DNA from: Paraspadella gotoi
Taxonomy: Eukaryota; Animalia; Chaetognatha
Direction: 5' to 3'
DNA: 64,000 nt
NCBI GenBank assembly: GCA_051294375.1
Contig: CM119263.1
Location: 21,622,494 to 21,686,493, forward strand
The position numbers and the translations under genes are program-made. Shown one piece after another: positions 25,770 to 40,548 of the stretch (its first letter is position 1; each line of letters opens with the position of its first letter). The notes below the pieces were generated by a model. That model saw only the letters and a list, made by a program, of their open reading frames with translations, searched no databases and was not told the DNA's origin.

Positions 25770-26874
25770 AAAGCTCCTCGCGTCCATCGATTTCGATTAA
25801 GCCTAATCGTCCCTCGACTGGCAACAAGAGAAGTGTGCCCTCTTTTTTTTTTTTTAAAGCTGAGAAAACCGGCGCCAACTTTGGTCAGAATTTCTCTTTC
25901 TTCTTTCGTCGTTGTTGCGGGGTGGTCATTGTTGTTACGTAAGCGGAAGGAGAGTTGTGTCGAACTTTGAAGGGAGAAACAAGGGCTCAGTCGAATGAAA
26001 GAAGGGCACGCACCTTGAAGGTCATTTAACGTGAAAGTTGATCGGCCACTTTGAAAGAAGAGCACCCATCAAAAAATTGATTTCGAAATTACGGAAATAA
26101 TTTTTAAGAAAGATATCTGAGGGAAAAAAGTGGCCTGTCAAAACATTCGCTGAGGTGCTAAATTTAAACCTTTGCTCATAGCGTAGGTTTGGTTTTCCTT
26201 TATTCACCAATCACCAATATAATGCATTTTAATATTCTATATCTTCGTTAAGTTATAAAGATAAGGACGAATCCGTTCACATTTATGGTTACGAAAAATT
26301 CTTTGCCCCATGCAATGCCCTCAGGAACAAGGGGCGTGTTCAGAGCGATGTGGAGGCGGTGCTTTCCTACGTAAAACGTAATGGTTGCTATAGGCTCTCA
26401 ATGCAGCATCGCTTTTGTATTGTAGAACAAGTGATTCATATTTTCGCTTTAAATGATCCCGATTGCGCCCGACCAACTCTTAGATTATGAACCATCTAAT
26501 CTATATCTGACTAGTAAATTTAAATTAAAAAAAAAAACTTGACAGAACCTAAACCCCATAACATAAGACCCCGAAAGACAACAAAAACATAAGAAAAACC
26601 CACTCTCAAACTTCGGAAGACTTTTAGGGCAACAACCCTCTGAACCCCCAAAGCAACAGATATCCCGCAGTGTCCTTTTACGATCAGCAAACGAACTTCG
26701 AATAGGAGAACAAACAGACCCGAGACGAACTCCAGAACGGACCGCGAACGGACCCAGAATTGAACCCCAAAACTGATTACAGTCTGATCAGCAATAGAAC
26801 CGGGTTGGAACGAAAGGAACGACGGAGGAAACATTAATCCTTTTCGCTTTCGATTTCTCTTTCCGCTCCAAATC

Positions 26875-26969
<95 letters not shown>

Positions 26970-27884
26970 AGAGAGACGCGGTATTTAATCTCCGGTCGAC
27001 CGATTCCCTTAATCGTCGGATCCACATTTGTGTCCACAATTCGCCCTTCAACCCACACATCTTCCTTCAATCATTCCCACACCTCGTTCCAACTCGGCGC
27101 ATCATTATTCATTTTCAACCGCATCTTCAATTTTCCTTCTCAACTTTTATCCAACGTATTTTTTCACTCCATTTCCGTTTCTCAAACCGGCTCGTCCGCC
27201 TCTGCTGCTTAACATCAACAGCCCATCAACTTTACCTCCCCGTCTACACGTAGAATCCGGCGTCTTTTAAAGCCGGCCTCATTTTGTGGCGGCGGCGATT
27301 GCGATCGGCGCCCAGAGAGCTCGGCGTTGTTCCGTAGGCGTCGCTGCTTGAAAGCGGCGTCGTTTTTTCCCTTCTTCGAGCCGGAGTAGGAGGAAGAGGA
27401 GGGGAAGGAAGAATAAGAGGAGTAGAGGGGGAGTCAGTGACGAAGCGGCACTATTTTACCGAACGCGCCCTATTTCTGTTTATTAATCGATAATCCCTCA
27501 CATAATATTCGTTCTCACCCTAATCCCTATCCTTACATCCCTTGAAGGGAAACAGAGTACAGAGTGGGTAGGTTAAAGAGGATACCTCCGAGTTATTCTA
27601 GGACTTGAAGGTGATTAAAGCAAAATCCCCATCATAACGAGATTCAGAATTTCGCGATTCTCTTATTCAATACACGAAGGAAAAACCAAATACGTGCGGA
27701 ATCAAAAGGGAATCAAGGTCGCCTTTGGCACCATTTGACAGAGATATAAGCGAAAAAGAACAATCTTGCAAAATGTCATCAAAATCTCGACATTCTGACA
27801 ACATCTAAGTTGCTCATGAGTCCAGATTGGTTTTTCGTTTTCTAGGGAGGCGATTTAAACACGATATCTCTGTTTTTGTTTTCT

Positions 27885-27981
<97 letters not shown>

Positions 27982-29068
27982 GCTCCTCGCGTCCATCGAT
28001 TTCGATTAAGCCTAATCGTCCCTCGACTGGCAACAAGAGAAGTGTGCCCTCTTTTTTTTTTTTAAGCTGAGAAAACCGGCGCCAACTTTGGTCAGAATTT
28101 CTCTTTTCTTCTTTCGTCGTTGTTGCCGGGGTGGTCATTGTTGTTACGTCATCTCCTTCGCTGCTGCAGCTTCCGCAGCATGATAGCAGCAGCCCTCGGT
28201 GGCGCCGGTTTTTTCTATCCGAAAGAGGGCGCGTGTTGATTTTATAATTGAAGAAGTTTCCGCGTCGACGGTCGACGCATCCGTGACGACAAATTTGTTC
28301 AACTCGGCGAGAAAATTATTCTGGAAAAACGACGTCGACGACGACGACGACGACATTGATGACGGCGTTGAAGAAGACGATGGCGATAATGACGACGACG
28401 ACGACGACGGCGTCGACAAGATTGACGACGCCGATGACNNNNNNNNNNNNNNNNNNNNNNNNNNNNNNNNNNNNNNNNNNNNNNNNNNNNNNNNNNNNNN
28501 NNNNNNNNNNNNNNNNNNNNNNNNNNNNNNNNNNNNNNAGCGATGTGGAGGCGGTGCTTTCCTACGTAAAACGTAATGACGTTGCATAGGCTCTCAATGC
28601 AGCATCGCTTTTGTATTGTAGAACAAGTGATTCATATTTTCGCTTTAAATGATCCCGATTGCGCCCGACCAACTCTTAGATTATGAACCATCTAATCTAT
28701 ATCTGACTAGTAAATTTAAATTAAAAAAAAAAACTTGACTGAACCTAAACCCCATAACATAAGACCCCGAAAGACAACAAAAACATAAGGAAACAACCCA
28801 CTCTCAAACTTCGGAAGACTTTAGGGCAACACCCTCTTGACCCCCAAAGCAACAGATATCCCGCAGGTTCCTTTTACGATCAGCAAACGAACCTCGGAAT
28901 AGAGAACAAACAGACCCGAGACGAACTCCAAACGGACCGCGAACGGACCCAGAATTGAACCCCAAAACTGATTACAGTCTGATCAGCAATAGAACCGGGT
29001 TGGAACGAAGGAACGACGGAGGAAACATTAATCCTTTTCGCTTTCGATTTCTCTTTCCGCTCCAAATC

Positions 29069-29160
<92 letters not shown>

Positions 29161-30091
29161 AGAGAGAGACGCGGTATTTAATCTCCGGTCGACCGATTCC
29201 CTTAATCGTCGGATCCACATTTGTGTCCACAATTCGCCCTTCAACCCCACACATCTCCTTCAATCATTCCCCACACCTCGTTCCAACTCGGCGCCATCAT
29301 TATTCATTTTCAACCGCATCTTCAATTTTCCTTCTCAACTTTTATCCAACGTATTTTTTCACTCCATTTCCGTTTCTCAAACCGGCTCGTCCGCCTCTGC
29401 TGCTTCAACATCAACAGCCCCATCAACTTTACCATCATCCTCCCCGTCTACGACCGTAGAATCCGGCGTCTTTTAAAGCCGGCCTCATTTTGTGGGCGGC
29501 GCGATTGCGATCGGCGCCAGAGAGCTCGGCGTTGTTCCGTAGGCGTCGCTGCTTGAAAGCGGCGTCGTTTTTCCCTTCTTCGAGCCGGAGTAGGAGGAAG
29601 AGGAGGGGAAGGAAGAATAAGAGGAGTAGAGGGGGAGTCAGTGACGAAGCGGCACTATTTACCGAACGCGCCCTATTTCTGTTATTAATCGATAATCCCT
29701 CAACATAATATTCGTTCTCACCCTAATCCCTATCCCTTACATCCCTTGAAGGGAAACAGAGTAACAGAGGTGGGTAGGTTAAGAGGCGATACCGTCCGAT
29801 TATTCTAGGACTTGGAAGGTGAATTAAAGCAATCCCCATCATAACGAGATTCAGATTTCGCGATTCTCTTATCAATACAACGAAAGAAAAACCAAATACG
29901 TGCGGATCAAAAAGGGAATCAAGGTCGCCTTTGGCACCATTTGACAGAGATATAAGCGAAAAAGAAACTATCTTGCAAAAGTTCATCAAAATCTCGACAT
30001 TCTGACAACATCTAAGTTGCTCATCGAGTCCAGATTGTTTTCGTTTCTAGGGAGGCGATTTAAACACGATAATCCTGTTTTTGTTTCTTCG

Positions 30092-30163
<72 letters not shown>

Positions 30164-30642
30164 TCTCATCTCTCTCTTCTCTCTCAAAGCTCCTCGCGTC
30201 CATCGATTCGATTAAGCCTAATCGTCCCTCGACTGGCAACAAGAGAAGTGTGCCTCTTTTTTTTTTTTTAAAGCTGAGAAAACCGGGCCAACTTTAGGTC
30301 AGAATTTCTCTTTTCTTCTTTCGTCGTTGTGCCGGGGTGGTCATTGTTTGTTACGGTCATCTCCTTGCTGCTGCAGCTTCCGCAGCATGATAGCAGCAGC
30401 CCTCGTGGCGCCGGTTTTTTCTATCCGAAGAGGGCGCGTGTTGATTTTATAATTGAAGAAGTTTCCGCGTCGACGGGTCGACGCATCCGTGGACGACAAA
30501 TTTGTTCACTCGGCGAGAAAATTATTCTGGAAAAACGACGGTCGACGCCGAGACGACGACATTGATGACGGCGTTGAAGAAGACGATGCGAATATGACGA
30601 CGAGACGACGACGGCGTCGACAAGATTGGACGACGCCGATGA
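23722..30642. repeat. Three near-identical direct copies of a ~2.2-kb segment (23722-25940, 25942-28438, 28539-30642)
   Basis: Collinear identity with mostly 1-bp indel differences; copy 3 begins right after a 100-N gap. Confidence 0.92.
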
Positions 30643-31504
30643 CTGGAAACAACTCTTACTCCGTTTGTCAAGGAAAACAAAATCAAAAGAAGCTTTGTGA
30701 GACACAGAGTGAGAGAGAGAGAAATAGAAATAGAAATAGAAATGATTACACTTGACCCTGGACAGTATCGAGTACGTCTAATGGGTCCTTTTGTCTAATA
30801 ATGCTGAAGGGCAATACTAAAACACAGAATGTTAATAGTACGCAAGTATTAAGCAGGACTGTGTCCCTTTTTTCTTACGAATCCCTTGCAATAAAAAAAT
30901 ACATTATTAAATGTAGTTAAAATTGTAGATTTCTACTGTCTATTGCGACCGCATTCAACTCCAGATTGGCCGCGTTCTGAGCAGAGCAGAGAGAGAGAGA
31001 GAGAATAATTAATTAATTAACTTGAATTAATATTTATTAATTTAATAATTATTAATTAGCGATAATGATCGTGGGGCAGATCCGACATTGTTTGCTCAAA
31101 CTTGTTTATTCTATTTTTGGTAATAGTAATAGCGCCGTGTCATGGTGACTGCCTGACAGAGAAAACTTTTAGAGAAGTAGGTTAGTAACAAAGTAACTAA
31201 AGTTATTTTATTTTCATTAGTACAACGATGAATGAAATGACAAAGTCTGCGTCTCCCACTCTTCAAAGAATAGAATAGGCTAGCGTTTTAAGAGGCTCTT
31301 TTGTTAGCGTTAAAATGTTTTGAGCACGACTATAAAATTTACTAGGAGTTATATTTCTGCCTTCTTGTCTATACATACTTTTAATTAAAATTTGCCGTCT
31401 CTGAACCGAGACACTCGGCGTCACATGCGTCTTTTTCGCGATTATTATTTCCGATTGAAAATGGTCACCGTCCTGAGGTCCTGAGGTCCTGAGGTCTCGT
31501 GGCG

Positions 31505-31570
31505 CCAGCGGTGAAAGCACGGCCGATATATGGAGGTGAGAAAGAAAGACAAAGAAAGAGGGAAAGGTAG

Positions 31571-31605
<35 letters not shown>

Positions 31606-33241
31606 AGAAGAAGAAAGAAAGATAAGAAAGAAATGATAAGAGAAGAAGTAGAAGAAAGAAAGAAAAAAAAAGAATGGAGGCAGGAAATCGGAAAATAATC
31701 CCTGCAGGCCNNNNNNNNNNNNNNNNNNNNNNNNNNNNNNNNNNNNNNNNNNNNNNNNNNNNNNNNNNNNNNNNNNNNNNNNNNNNNNNNNNNNNNNNNN
31801 NNNNNNNNNNNNNNNNNNNNNNNNNNNNNNNNNNNNNNNNNNNNNNNNNNNNNNNNNNNNNNNNNNNNNNNNNNNNNNNNNNNNNNNNNNNNNNNNNNNN
31901 NNNNNNNNNNNNNNNNNNNNNNNNNNNNNNNNNNNNNNNNNNNNNNNNNNNNNNNNNNNNNNNNNNNNNNNNNNNNNNNNNNNNNNNNNNNNNNNNNNNN
32001 NNNNNNNNNNNNNNNNNNNNNNNNNNNNNNNNNNNNNNNNNNNNNNNNNNNNNNNNNNNNNNNNNNNNNNNNNNNNNNNNNNNNNNNNNNNNNNNNNNNN
32101 NNNNNNNNNNNNNNNNNNNNNNNNNNNNNNNNNNNNNNNNNNNNNNNNNNNNNNNNNNNNNNNNNNNNNNNNNNNNNNNNNNNNNNNNNNNNNNNNNNNN
32201 NNNNNNNNNNNNNNNNNNNNNNNNNNNNNNNNNNNNNNNNNNNNNNNNNNNNNNNNNNNNNNNNNNNNNNNNNNNNNNNNNNNNNNNNNNNNNNNNNNNN
32301 NNNNNNNNNNNNNNNNNNNNNNNNNNNNNNNNNNNNNNNNNNNNNNNNNNNNNNNNNNNNNNNNNNNNNNNNNNNNNNNNNNNNNNNNNNNNNNNNNNNN
32401 NNNNNNNNNNNNNNNNNNNNNNNNNNNNNNNNNNNNNNNNNNNNNNNNNNNNNNNNNNNNNNNNNNNNNNNNNNNNNNNNNNNNNNNNNNNNNNNNNNNN
32501 NNNNNNNNNNNNNNNNNNNNNNNNNNNNNNNNNNNNNNNNNNNNNNNNNNNNNNNNNNNNNNNNNNNNNNNNNNNNNNNNNNNNNNNNNNNNNNNNNNNN
32601 NNNNNNNNNNNNNNNNNNNNNNNNNNNNNNNNNNNNNNNNNNNNNNNNNNNNNNNNNNNNNNNNAAAGTTAAATTTTCCTTTTCATTCCAGTGATAAAAT
32701 TCGATTTGAAAGATTTTTAGTCGGATCTGCTTATAAGCAGATCCCGACTCTATAATTAACTTTGTCGGTCCGTCGGTCCGCCACCTCATTAACTTATTTC
32801 ATGTCAGAACATCGAATTATGATAAATTATGCAAAAAAAACAATATCCGTCCGTCTGTCCATTAGTCCATCTATCCGTCCATCCGTCCGTCCATCTATCC
32901 ATCCATCCATACCCACCTTAACAAAAAAACACCAATTACTCGTGATTGGATGGATGGATTGGAATGAAATTTTGTATGTTGTTAGGGAAGTGTGTGATTG
33001 AGCTGGATATGAAGTTTCGAGTGGAACGAGAAGAGATGTGGCCCGTGAAAGCACGGCCCCGATATATGGAGGTGAGAACAGAAAGACAAAGAAACGGAGG
33101 GGAAAGGTAGAGAAAGAAAGAAAGACAAGAAAGAAAAGAAAGAAAGATAAGAAAGAAAGAAAGAAAGAAAGAAAAGAAAGAAGAAAGAAAAGAAAGGAAA
33201 AAAAGAATGGAGGCAGGAAATCGGAAATAATCCCTGCAGGC
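31505..33241. repeat. ~200-bp direct duplication (31505-31709 and 33040-33241) on either side of an N-gap
   Basis: gtgaaagcacggcc...ggaggcaggaaatcggaaa-taatccctgcaggc occurs in both; likely contig overlap. Confidence 0.7.
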
Positions 33242-34294
33242 GAGCGGAGCAGAAAACCTTCGATGCGGACGAACGAGGTTACGCGGGGTCGCGTATCAAA
33301 GGGGTAGGAAGGGTTCGACGAGGGGAGGGGTTGGGGGGGGCGCTATGGGTCAAGGAATATTGGAATGAAATGGGGGAAAGGGGCGGAGAGGGGTGGGTTT
33401 TAGACAAAGGGTCAAAATTAGTGGACGACGGACTGGAAGCGGCCAGGGTTGAGGATTCGATCAGAANNNNNNNNNNNNNNNNNNNNNNNNNNNNNNNNNN
33501 NNNNNNNNNNNNNNNNNNNNNNNNNNNNNNNNNNNNNNNNNNNNNNNNNNNNNNNNNNNNNNNNNNNNNNNNNNNNNNNNNNNNNNNNNNNNNNNNNNNN
33601 NNNNNNNNNNNNNNNNNNNNNNNNNNNNNNNNNNNNNNNNNNNNNNNNNNNNNNNNNNNNNNNNNNNNNNNNNNNNNNNNNNNNNNNNNNNNNNNNNNNN
33701 NNNNNNNNNNNNNNNNNNNNNNNNNNNNNNNNNNNNNNNNNNNNNNNNNNNNNNNNNNNNNNNNNNNNNNNNNNNNNNNNNNNNNNNNNNNNNNNNNNNN
33801 NNNNNNNNNNNNNNNNNNNNNNNNNNNNNNNNNNNNNNNNNNNNNNNNNNNNNNNNNNNNNNNNNNNNNNNNNNNNNNNNNNNNNNNNNNNNNNNNNNNN
33901 NNNNNNNNNNNNNNNNNNNNNNNNNNNNNNNNNNNNNNNNNNNNNNNNNNNNNNNNNNNNNNNNNNNNNNNNNNNNNNNNNNNNNNNNNNNNNNNNNNNN
34001 NNNNNNNNNNNNNNNNNNNNNNNNNNNNNNNNNNNNNNNNNNNNNNNNNNNNNNNNNNNNNNNNNNNNNNNNNNNNNNNNNNNNNNNNNNNNNNNNNNNN
34101 NNNNNNNNNNNNNNNNNNNNNNNNNNNNNNNNNNNNNNNNNNNNNNNNNNNNNNNNNNNNNNNNNNNNNNNNNNNNNNNNNNNNNNNNNNNNNNNNNNNN
34201 NNNNNNNNNNNNNNNNNNNNNNNNNNNNNNNNNNNNNNNNNNNNNNNNNNNNNNNNNNNNNNNNNNNNNNNNNNNNNNNNNNNNNNNNNNNNNN
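31711..34294. other. Assembly gaps (31711-32664 and 33467-34294; smaller gaps at 23505-23529 and 28439-28538)
   Basis: Runs of N. Confidence 0.99.
32714..33000 (+). mobile_element. DINE-1/HINE-like non-autonomous element
   Basis: TTTTT-AGTCGGATCTGCTT-AT-AAGCAGATCCCGACT hairpin, core shared with the 15.7 kb copy, (TCCG/TCCA)n tract; right end approximate. Confidence 0.6.
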
Positions 34295-34583
34295 GGATCA
34301 AAAGAAATAAAAATCGCAGACAATGCGGGCAAGTATCAAAGAAAGAGAAAAGCAAAGAGGGGTCGGGGAATAATGGGAGAGGTTCCTTCATCCAAAGAAC
34401 CGATCCTTGAGATGGTCATGGAGTACAAAACCATCAGTATAGGTAATAATCGTAATATAGATCGATCCGTGGGATAGGATAAATAAAAAGGTGACTGGTA
34501 ATTAGCGGAAGAATCCGTCTCATCAATGATTCTTGGTGCAACAACCTGGAAAGAGACGTCGATAAATGAGGCACGAATAGAAA

Positions 34584-34675
34584 TGATCCAGGGGGGAGAG
34601 AGTAAAGATCAAGTGGGGAAAGAGTAAAGATCAAGGGGGGAAAGAGTAAAGATCAAGGAGGGGAAAGAGTAAAGA
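34584..34675 (+). repeat. Tandem repeat, ~22-bp unit gatcaaggggggaaagagtaaa
   Basis: Four visible copies. Confidence 0.8.
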
Positions 34676-37049
34676 CACGATCGACGAAAAGAAGTCGAGT
34701 AATTGAACTAATGAGAGGAATGACCGGGATCAACCAATAAAAGACCCAGAAAAAATGGGGTGAAGACTTAAGAGGTGGGCTTGTAGTAGACATAAAAAGT
34801 TTTCGTTGCCTTGGCGTCACGCCATCCAACGTTTGAAGTGATTGAACCGGAAGTGGCGCTGGCGAGCGTGGCACCGTGAGAGTTCACCAAGCTGCTTTTA
34901 AAAGAGTCTTAACCAACTTGCTTGGTTATTTTTTAAAATCAGACCTTTATAAAATAATCAAAGCATATAGTAATAGATATTCCAGTTACTTTTGCCAGCA
35001 AGTATCTGTAATATCTAAATTGCAAAACAATGTAAAAATAAAGATTATTATTAACAAACAGTAACAATGTTCTAAATAATAAGTTAATCCAATTTGGGAT
35101 CCACTGAGTCTTACTATTATATATAAACTCTTTATCAAATGGTTTCTAAGCCAGATGGAATCATGTTTGGAATAGGTAACAACAGAATCAGCTGATTGAA
35201 TGAGATTTGCGAAGTTCCTTTGTTTTTATTAACAAAAGATCAAGTAGTAACAGTTATATCGATTAATATATAAGTTTCCAAATGTAGAATAGCTAACTGC
35301 CAAAGTGCCAAAGAGCCTTAGCTCGACGATGTGAATTTAAGAGTTCGAAACTACACGCTAACAGAGGGTGCGAGGGGAAGGGGTCACGGAAGGCCGAAGA
35401 GAGAAGTCCGGGGGGGAGGGCAAAGTGTTCCCCCAGGGGTCGAGCACAATCGACGAGGGGTCAGCGTTTGTGGGGATCGATGGTCGGACGTGGGGGTGGC
35501 CACTCGTGTCTGACGGACTGAAGGTTCTCGTCAAATTTGAATGTTCAACGTCAAGAGAGGGAAATTTTTATTGGTGGAACAGAAAAATTTGGTCCGAATC
35601 CGATGGAAAAAACGAAAATTTGACGATTCGAGAGGTGTTGGTTTGATATTTCGTTTTTGTGTTTTGTTTTCGCTCTGAACTATATTATGTATATCATGTC
35701 ATTATCTTCTATGTACTCGACAACTCACCCGAGTAATATTTGCTTCTATGGCCGTGGAAGTAGCACACGCTCCACCAAACCACCATGTTCACGCCCGTAT
35801 TTACAAGTATTAGCCGGACTTCGTGAATCGACCGATTAAATTCTCCAGGAATCGTTTTACACATTTTTGTCGAGTGAAAAAAAGAAAATAAATACAACGA
35901 CTGCCAAAAGAGACGCGGAAATGTTTAGTTCTTTCACGCATCTTTAATCATCGAGGAGAAAAATGAATATCTGAATAAGGTGACGATGAATAAAAGATAT
36001 AAAGACGGCGACAATGGACTCGGGATGAAAGAAGTTCACGACCAGAAAGTGGGGCGGTGAAGGTGGAAGCGAATGTGGGAGTAGTTACAGGGTAGGTTAG
36101 GAGGTGAGAGAGATTACAGGGCAGTCAGAGGGAAGGGATTAGCTGTTAATAAACATAGGAATACTGTGTGGAGTAAGTGTGGAAAGAGATTAAAGATACT
36201 GAAGAAAACTCTTTTAGTTAGAAACGGAGTCTAACAATTTTAAAATAAGAGAATTTCAAATAAGAAAAAAGATATAAATATATATTATACGAAAGGAAAA
36301 GAAGATTAGGGAGAGAAAAAAGGTTTCTAATTCGGTCAAGGACGGGGGGAGATAATAATCAGAGGGAGAACAATACAATTAATACTCCCACCTTAGCCTG
36401 TCCAAAGTCAGCCGTCAGGGGTAAGATAACTTGTTTAATGTTTATTTATTGAATAACCAATTAATATATTGTATAGGAAAGGACGAGAAATGATTCGCCG
36501 TTCAAGTAAATAATAAGTAAACTTGAAACTCCGACTTCCAAAGGATAATAAAGGAAGAAAAAGAATAATGAAATAAAGAAAAATAACTAAGAAGTAAGAA
36601 AGTCAAGGGACAAAAGGAAGAGGAAACCGGTCGCGAATTAATGGGAAAAAGACGAGCGGAAGTATCGCGCCGCGAGCCTGCGAGCCTGCGAGCGAGGTCG
36701 TCCAGGAAAAGAAATGTAGATTGTTATGGCAACCCTGGCGGAGAGGGAGTTGGAAGGGGAAGGAAAGGGAAAGGGAGAAACAGGAGATGAAAAGGATGAT
36801 CCGATTAAAGATGGAGAAAGGGGGAGGGGGCGGTTGAAAGAGTTGGGGGGAGTAAAGTGTGGTGGAAAATTACGTGGTCTCGGTGCCAATGGAACGGCGC
36901 CAAAGACGAGGAGGAAAAAAAGAGAAAGTTTAACCGAGTGGAATTTTATCTCCGGGATTTTGACGCCAGATTCATCGGGGAGGATGAGAGGAAGAGGGAG
37001 GGAGGAAAGGAAAGAAGGAAAGAGAAAGAGAAAAATAGAAAAGGAGGAG

Positions 37050-37132
<83 letters not shown>

Positions 37133-37459
37133 AACTAAGCCGGAAAGAAATAAAGTCGGAGTAATGAAATCGAAAAAGAAAGTCTGAAAGAGAAAAAGGA
37201 AAAAAAAAGTGAAGAAGAAAGCAAGTAATGGTGAGAGTCGAAGAAAGTAAAAAAAAGAGGAATAAAAAAAGGAAAGAGAGAAAAGAAAGAATCGTTGATA
37301 AGAAAGTTTCCGTGGGACAACAAAAGAGACGATGAAAGGCGGAAAAACTCTAAATCAAAATAAGCGGAAATACATAAACAACCATTTCTTCGAGACTATG
37401 GTTCGCTAAGTGTCGGATTTTGTCTCTCTTTCTTCCTTCCTTCCTTCCTTCCTTCCTTC

Positions 37460-37570
<111 letters not shown>

Positions 37571-37633
37571 GGTTGTTCTTTTTCTCTCTACTCTTTCTTT
37601 CTCTTTCAAAAAAATATTTTCGACAAATACAAG

Positions 37634-37706
<73 letters not shown>

Positions 37707-38128
37707 ATTACGGTTTAAGTTTTCAACGTTTTGTCGCACCAACTCGATTGCAATCGTAAAACAATTTGCAGGAAAGAATTATACGCGAGAAGGAAAACAA
37801 AACAGAACAGTAAACCGAAGTGTAATAAAAACAAAAGGACAATGAAAAAAAAATAACAAATAAAATTGAAAAAAGAAAACAAAGAGAAAAGAAAAGTGGG
37901 TTAAAAACATTTAAAAAATAAGCGAAAGTCGTTACGCAAACTGATACAAAACAATTGAACTAAAAAAAAAACTAAAAAGAGAAACGAACAAAAACAAAGA
38001 AAACTATTGTGTATCGGAAGGACGTCGTGGAAAAAACAAACTCAGTGCAGGAAAGAAAGAGCAGGGAATCAGAGAGCGAAACAAAATAAAGAAAAAGGCT
38101 CATGAGGGAAAAATAAAAGAAAATGTTA

Positions 38129-38202
<74 letters not shown>

Positions 38203-38694
38203 AGACGACCGGTGATATATTATTGAGCGTAGTTAAGCCCGACGTAAGTGAGGTGAGGTCACGCGACTGTGGAGCAAAGAAGAGGAGAGATAGAAGAAGA
38301 TTTGAGACGAGTTCCGAGTTTGTGAATATTTGGAAAAGGGGGGGCGTAGTGACGGGGGGCGGGGTGAGGGGGGGCGGGATGAGGGGGCGAAGATGGGGCG
38401 AATGGGAGCGAAAAAGAACGGGAGTGGCTCGTGTTTATCTTAGATTTTGCGGTAATTTGAGTAGCGCTTGTGTGGCAGAGCACGGATTTCGCTATTGTGT
38501 GCTTTTATTTTATATTGTCAAGGACAGACGATTTTGAATATGAATTTCGTTGCCAGCCTGATATTGAAGTTTAAATTTAGAGTATTTTTCTTTAATTAAC
38601 CGTTGATTAACAATTAACATCTTATTCTTATCCTAACATTTTCTGTCAAATTTAAAAGTTTTATAAAAATATTTTTAGGACTTCTAATAATTTC

Positions 38695-38930
38695 AATTCC
38701 ACCGTCGTCTGGGTCTCACATAAAAAAATCGAAGTTCAGGTGACCTCGAATCTATGAACAGCGTCTTGAATGTCTTGGACTATTTTTACTATCTGCATTA
38801 CCATCTGTACGCAGAGATTTACGAGACGCCATTGAGATTTTTGGATCCTCGATCTCGATGGCGCCGATTGAAACCTGGAAGAGAGAATTGTCAAGATTTC
38901 AACGAAAGTAGAAACGGAAAGCGTCTGCTG
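38695..38930 (+). mobile_element. Degenerate CR1-like LINE ORF2 3' fragment
   Basis: Frameshifted STVVWVSHKKIEVQ ... YEQRLECLGLFLL...RRDLRDAIEIF resembles the post-RT VWSP..IExVQ..YEERL..LGL..RR.RGDLI motif. Confidence 0.4.
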
Positions 38931-39453
38931 GATTTACGAATCTATGACGTGTTCACTGTTGAGTCGGACTAAGTAAGATCTTAGTAAGATCATACGCATT
39001 CACTCGATTGCGTTTGTGCGAGAACATAATCATAGCAAAATAGGATTAAAAATTGCGCGGTTTTGCCAAATAATATGAAAAATTAATTTCATAAATAATA
39101 CTAATTTGTTTTACCAAGTTAGTTCAATAACTTTAATAAATCTCAAGATCTTACAATAGCTTTCCATATTTTTTATTCCATTTTATAAAGGATAAATTGT
39201 CGAAAAATAATGCCGCTGAGTTCAAAACAAAAGACAAATTTGCCGCCGGCAAAAGAGACATTCAACGTTGCCGCCAGAAAAATCCAATGGAATTCGGAGA
39301 TAGATGGCGATCGGCGTCGGCCGGGGTCGGCCGGCGTCGGCTGGTGTCGACCGGCGTCGGCGTAGCCGCGCATTGATGTCGCCAAGACATAAAACGGATG
39401 GAGTAGAAATCGGAGCAAAGCGATTGAAGACATGAAGTGGTGTAGACAGGCAG

Positions 39454-39504
<51 letters not shown>

Positions 39505-39585
39505 AGAGAGAGAGAGAAGGCGACGTTGATGGCATTCTGAGAGAAGAGGAGTAGCACTGAATAGATTCTGTAGAGATGAAGGGCA

Positions 39586-39683
<98 letters not shown>

Positions 39684-40548
39684 ACAAGTCGAAGGATAAA
39701 GATGATTGACGTTCGAAGGTCATTTTGGGCCGACAGAGTCGTCGTGGTTCAGCGACGAAAACATCATTTTGCGGTTGCCATGGTCACGCGTTCGACTCAA
39801 CCTTTTACTCTGTAGTCTCAATAATGACACTTGGTGAAGTTACATTTGCGAATTGAAATGTATTATAACCTTATTGAACTGCAGAAAAGCTTCAGGGAAA
39901 AAATACTTTCTTAACAAATTGCTGTGCAGAATAAGAACGAATAAGAACGAACACATTTTATATTTATTACATATAATAATAAATTATTCATTAAAAAGAT
40001 AATTTTATATTTGTTGTATACTGGTGATTGTGATATTCACTTCATGGAAGAGTCAAATTAATCGCAGGATTTGAAAATCGGTTTCCTTTGCAAGTTCCGC
40101 TGCTCGCCGACCTGGCGCTAGCGATTGCCTAGAAATCCTCTCCCGCGGACCAGTGGCTGACCTGGCAACCAGATAACCAGAAAAATTGGGTCTTCTTTAG
40201 AAGGGGATGAGAAGGGGGAAGAGGAGAGGGAAGAGGAGGGTGAAGAGGAGGGGGAAGAGGTCGAGGAGGATGTGAGATTTAGAGGTCGAATGTCAAAACC
40301 ACCGCCAACGTTATGGAGATGGCGATGGTGTTGCGGGGGATCACGTGATTGCAGGGGATCACGTGATTTAAGGGGTCAGAAAAACGACGACGACGACGAC
40401 GGCAATAGCAATGGCGTTTAGATGGACAACGAGGAAATATGATAGTGATTTTCAGACAAAACGTTGGTCATAGACCAAACGCCGTTGATTCTGATATCCG
40501 ATCAGTGACAACAATGATCCTCGTTGCTGACTGTCGCCGACTGACCAA

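Noticed and set aside
31263-34477. 300-500 aa ORFs
   Set aside because: Open only because they run through N-gaps
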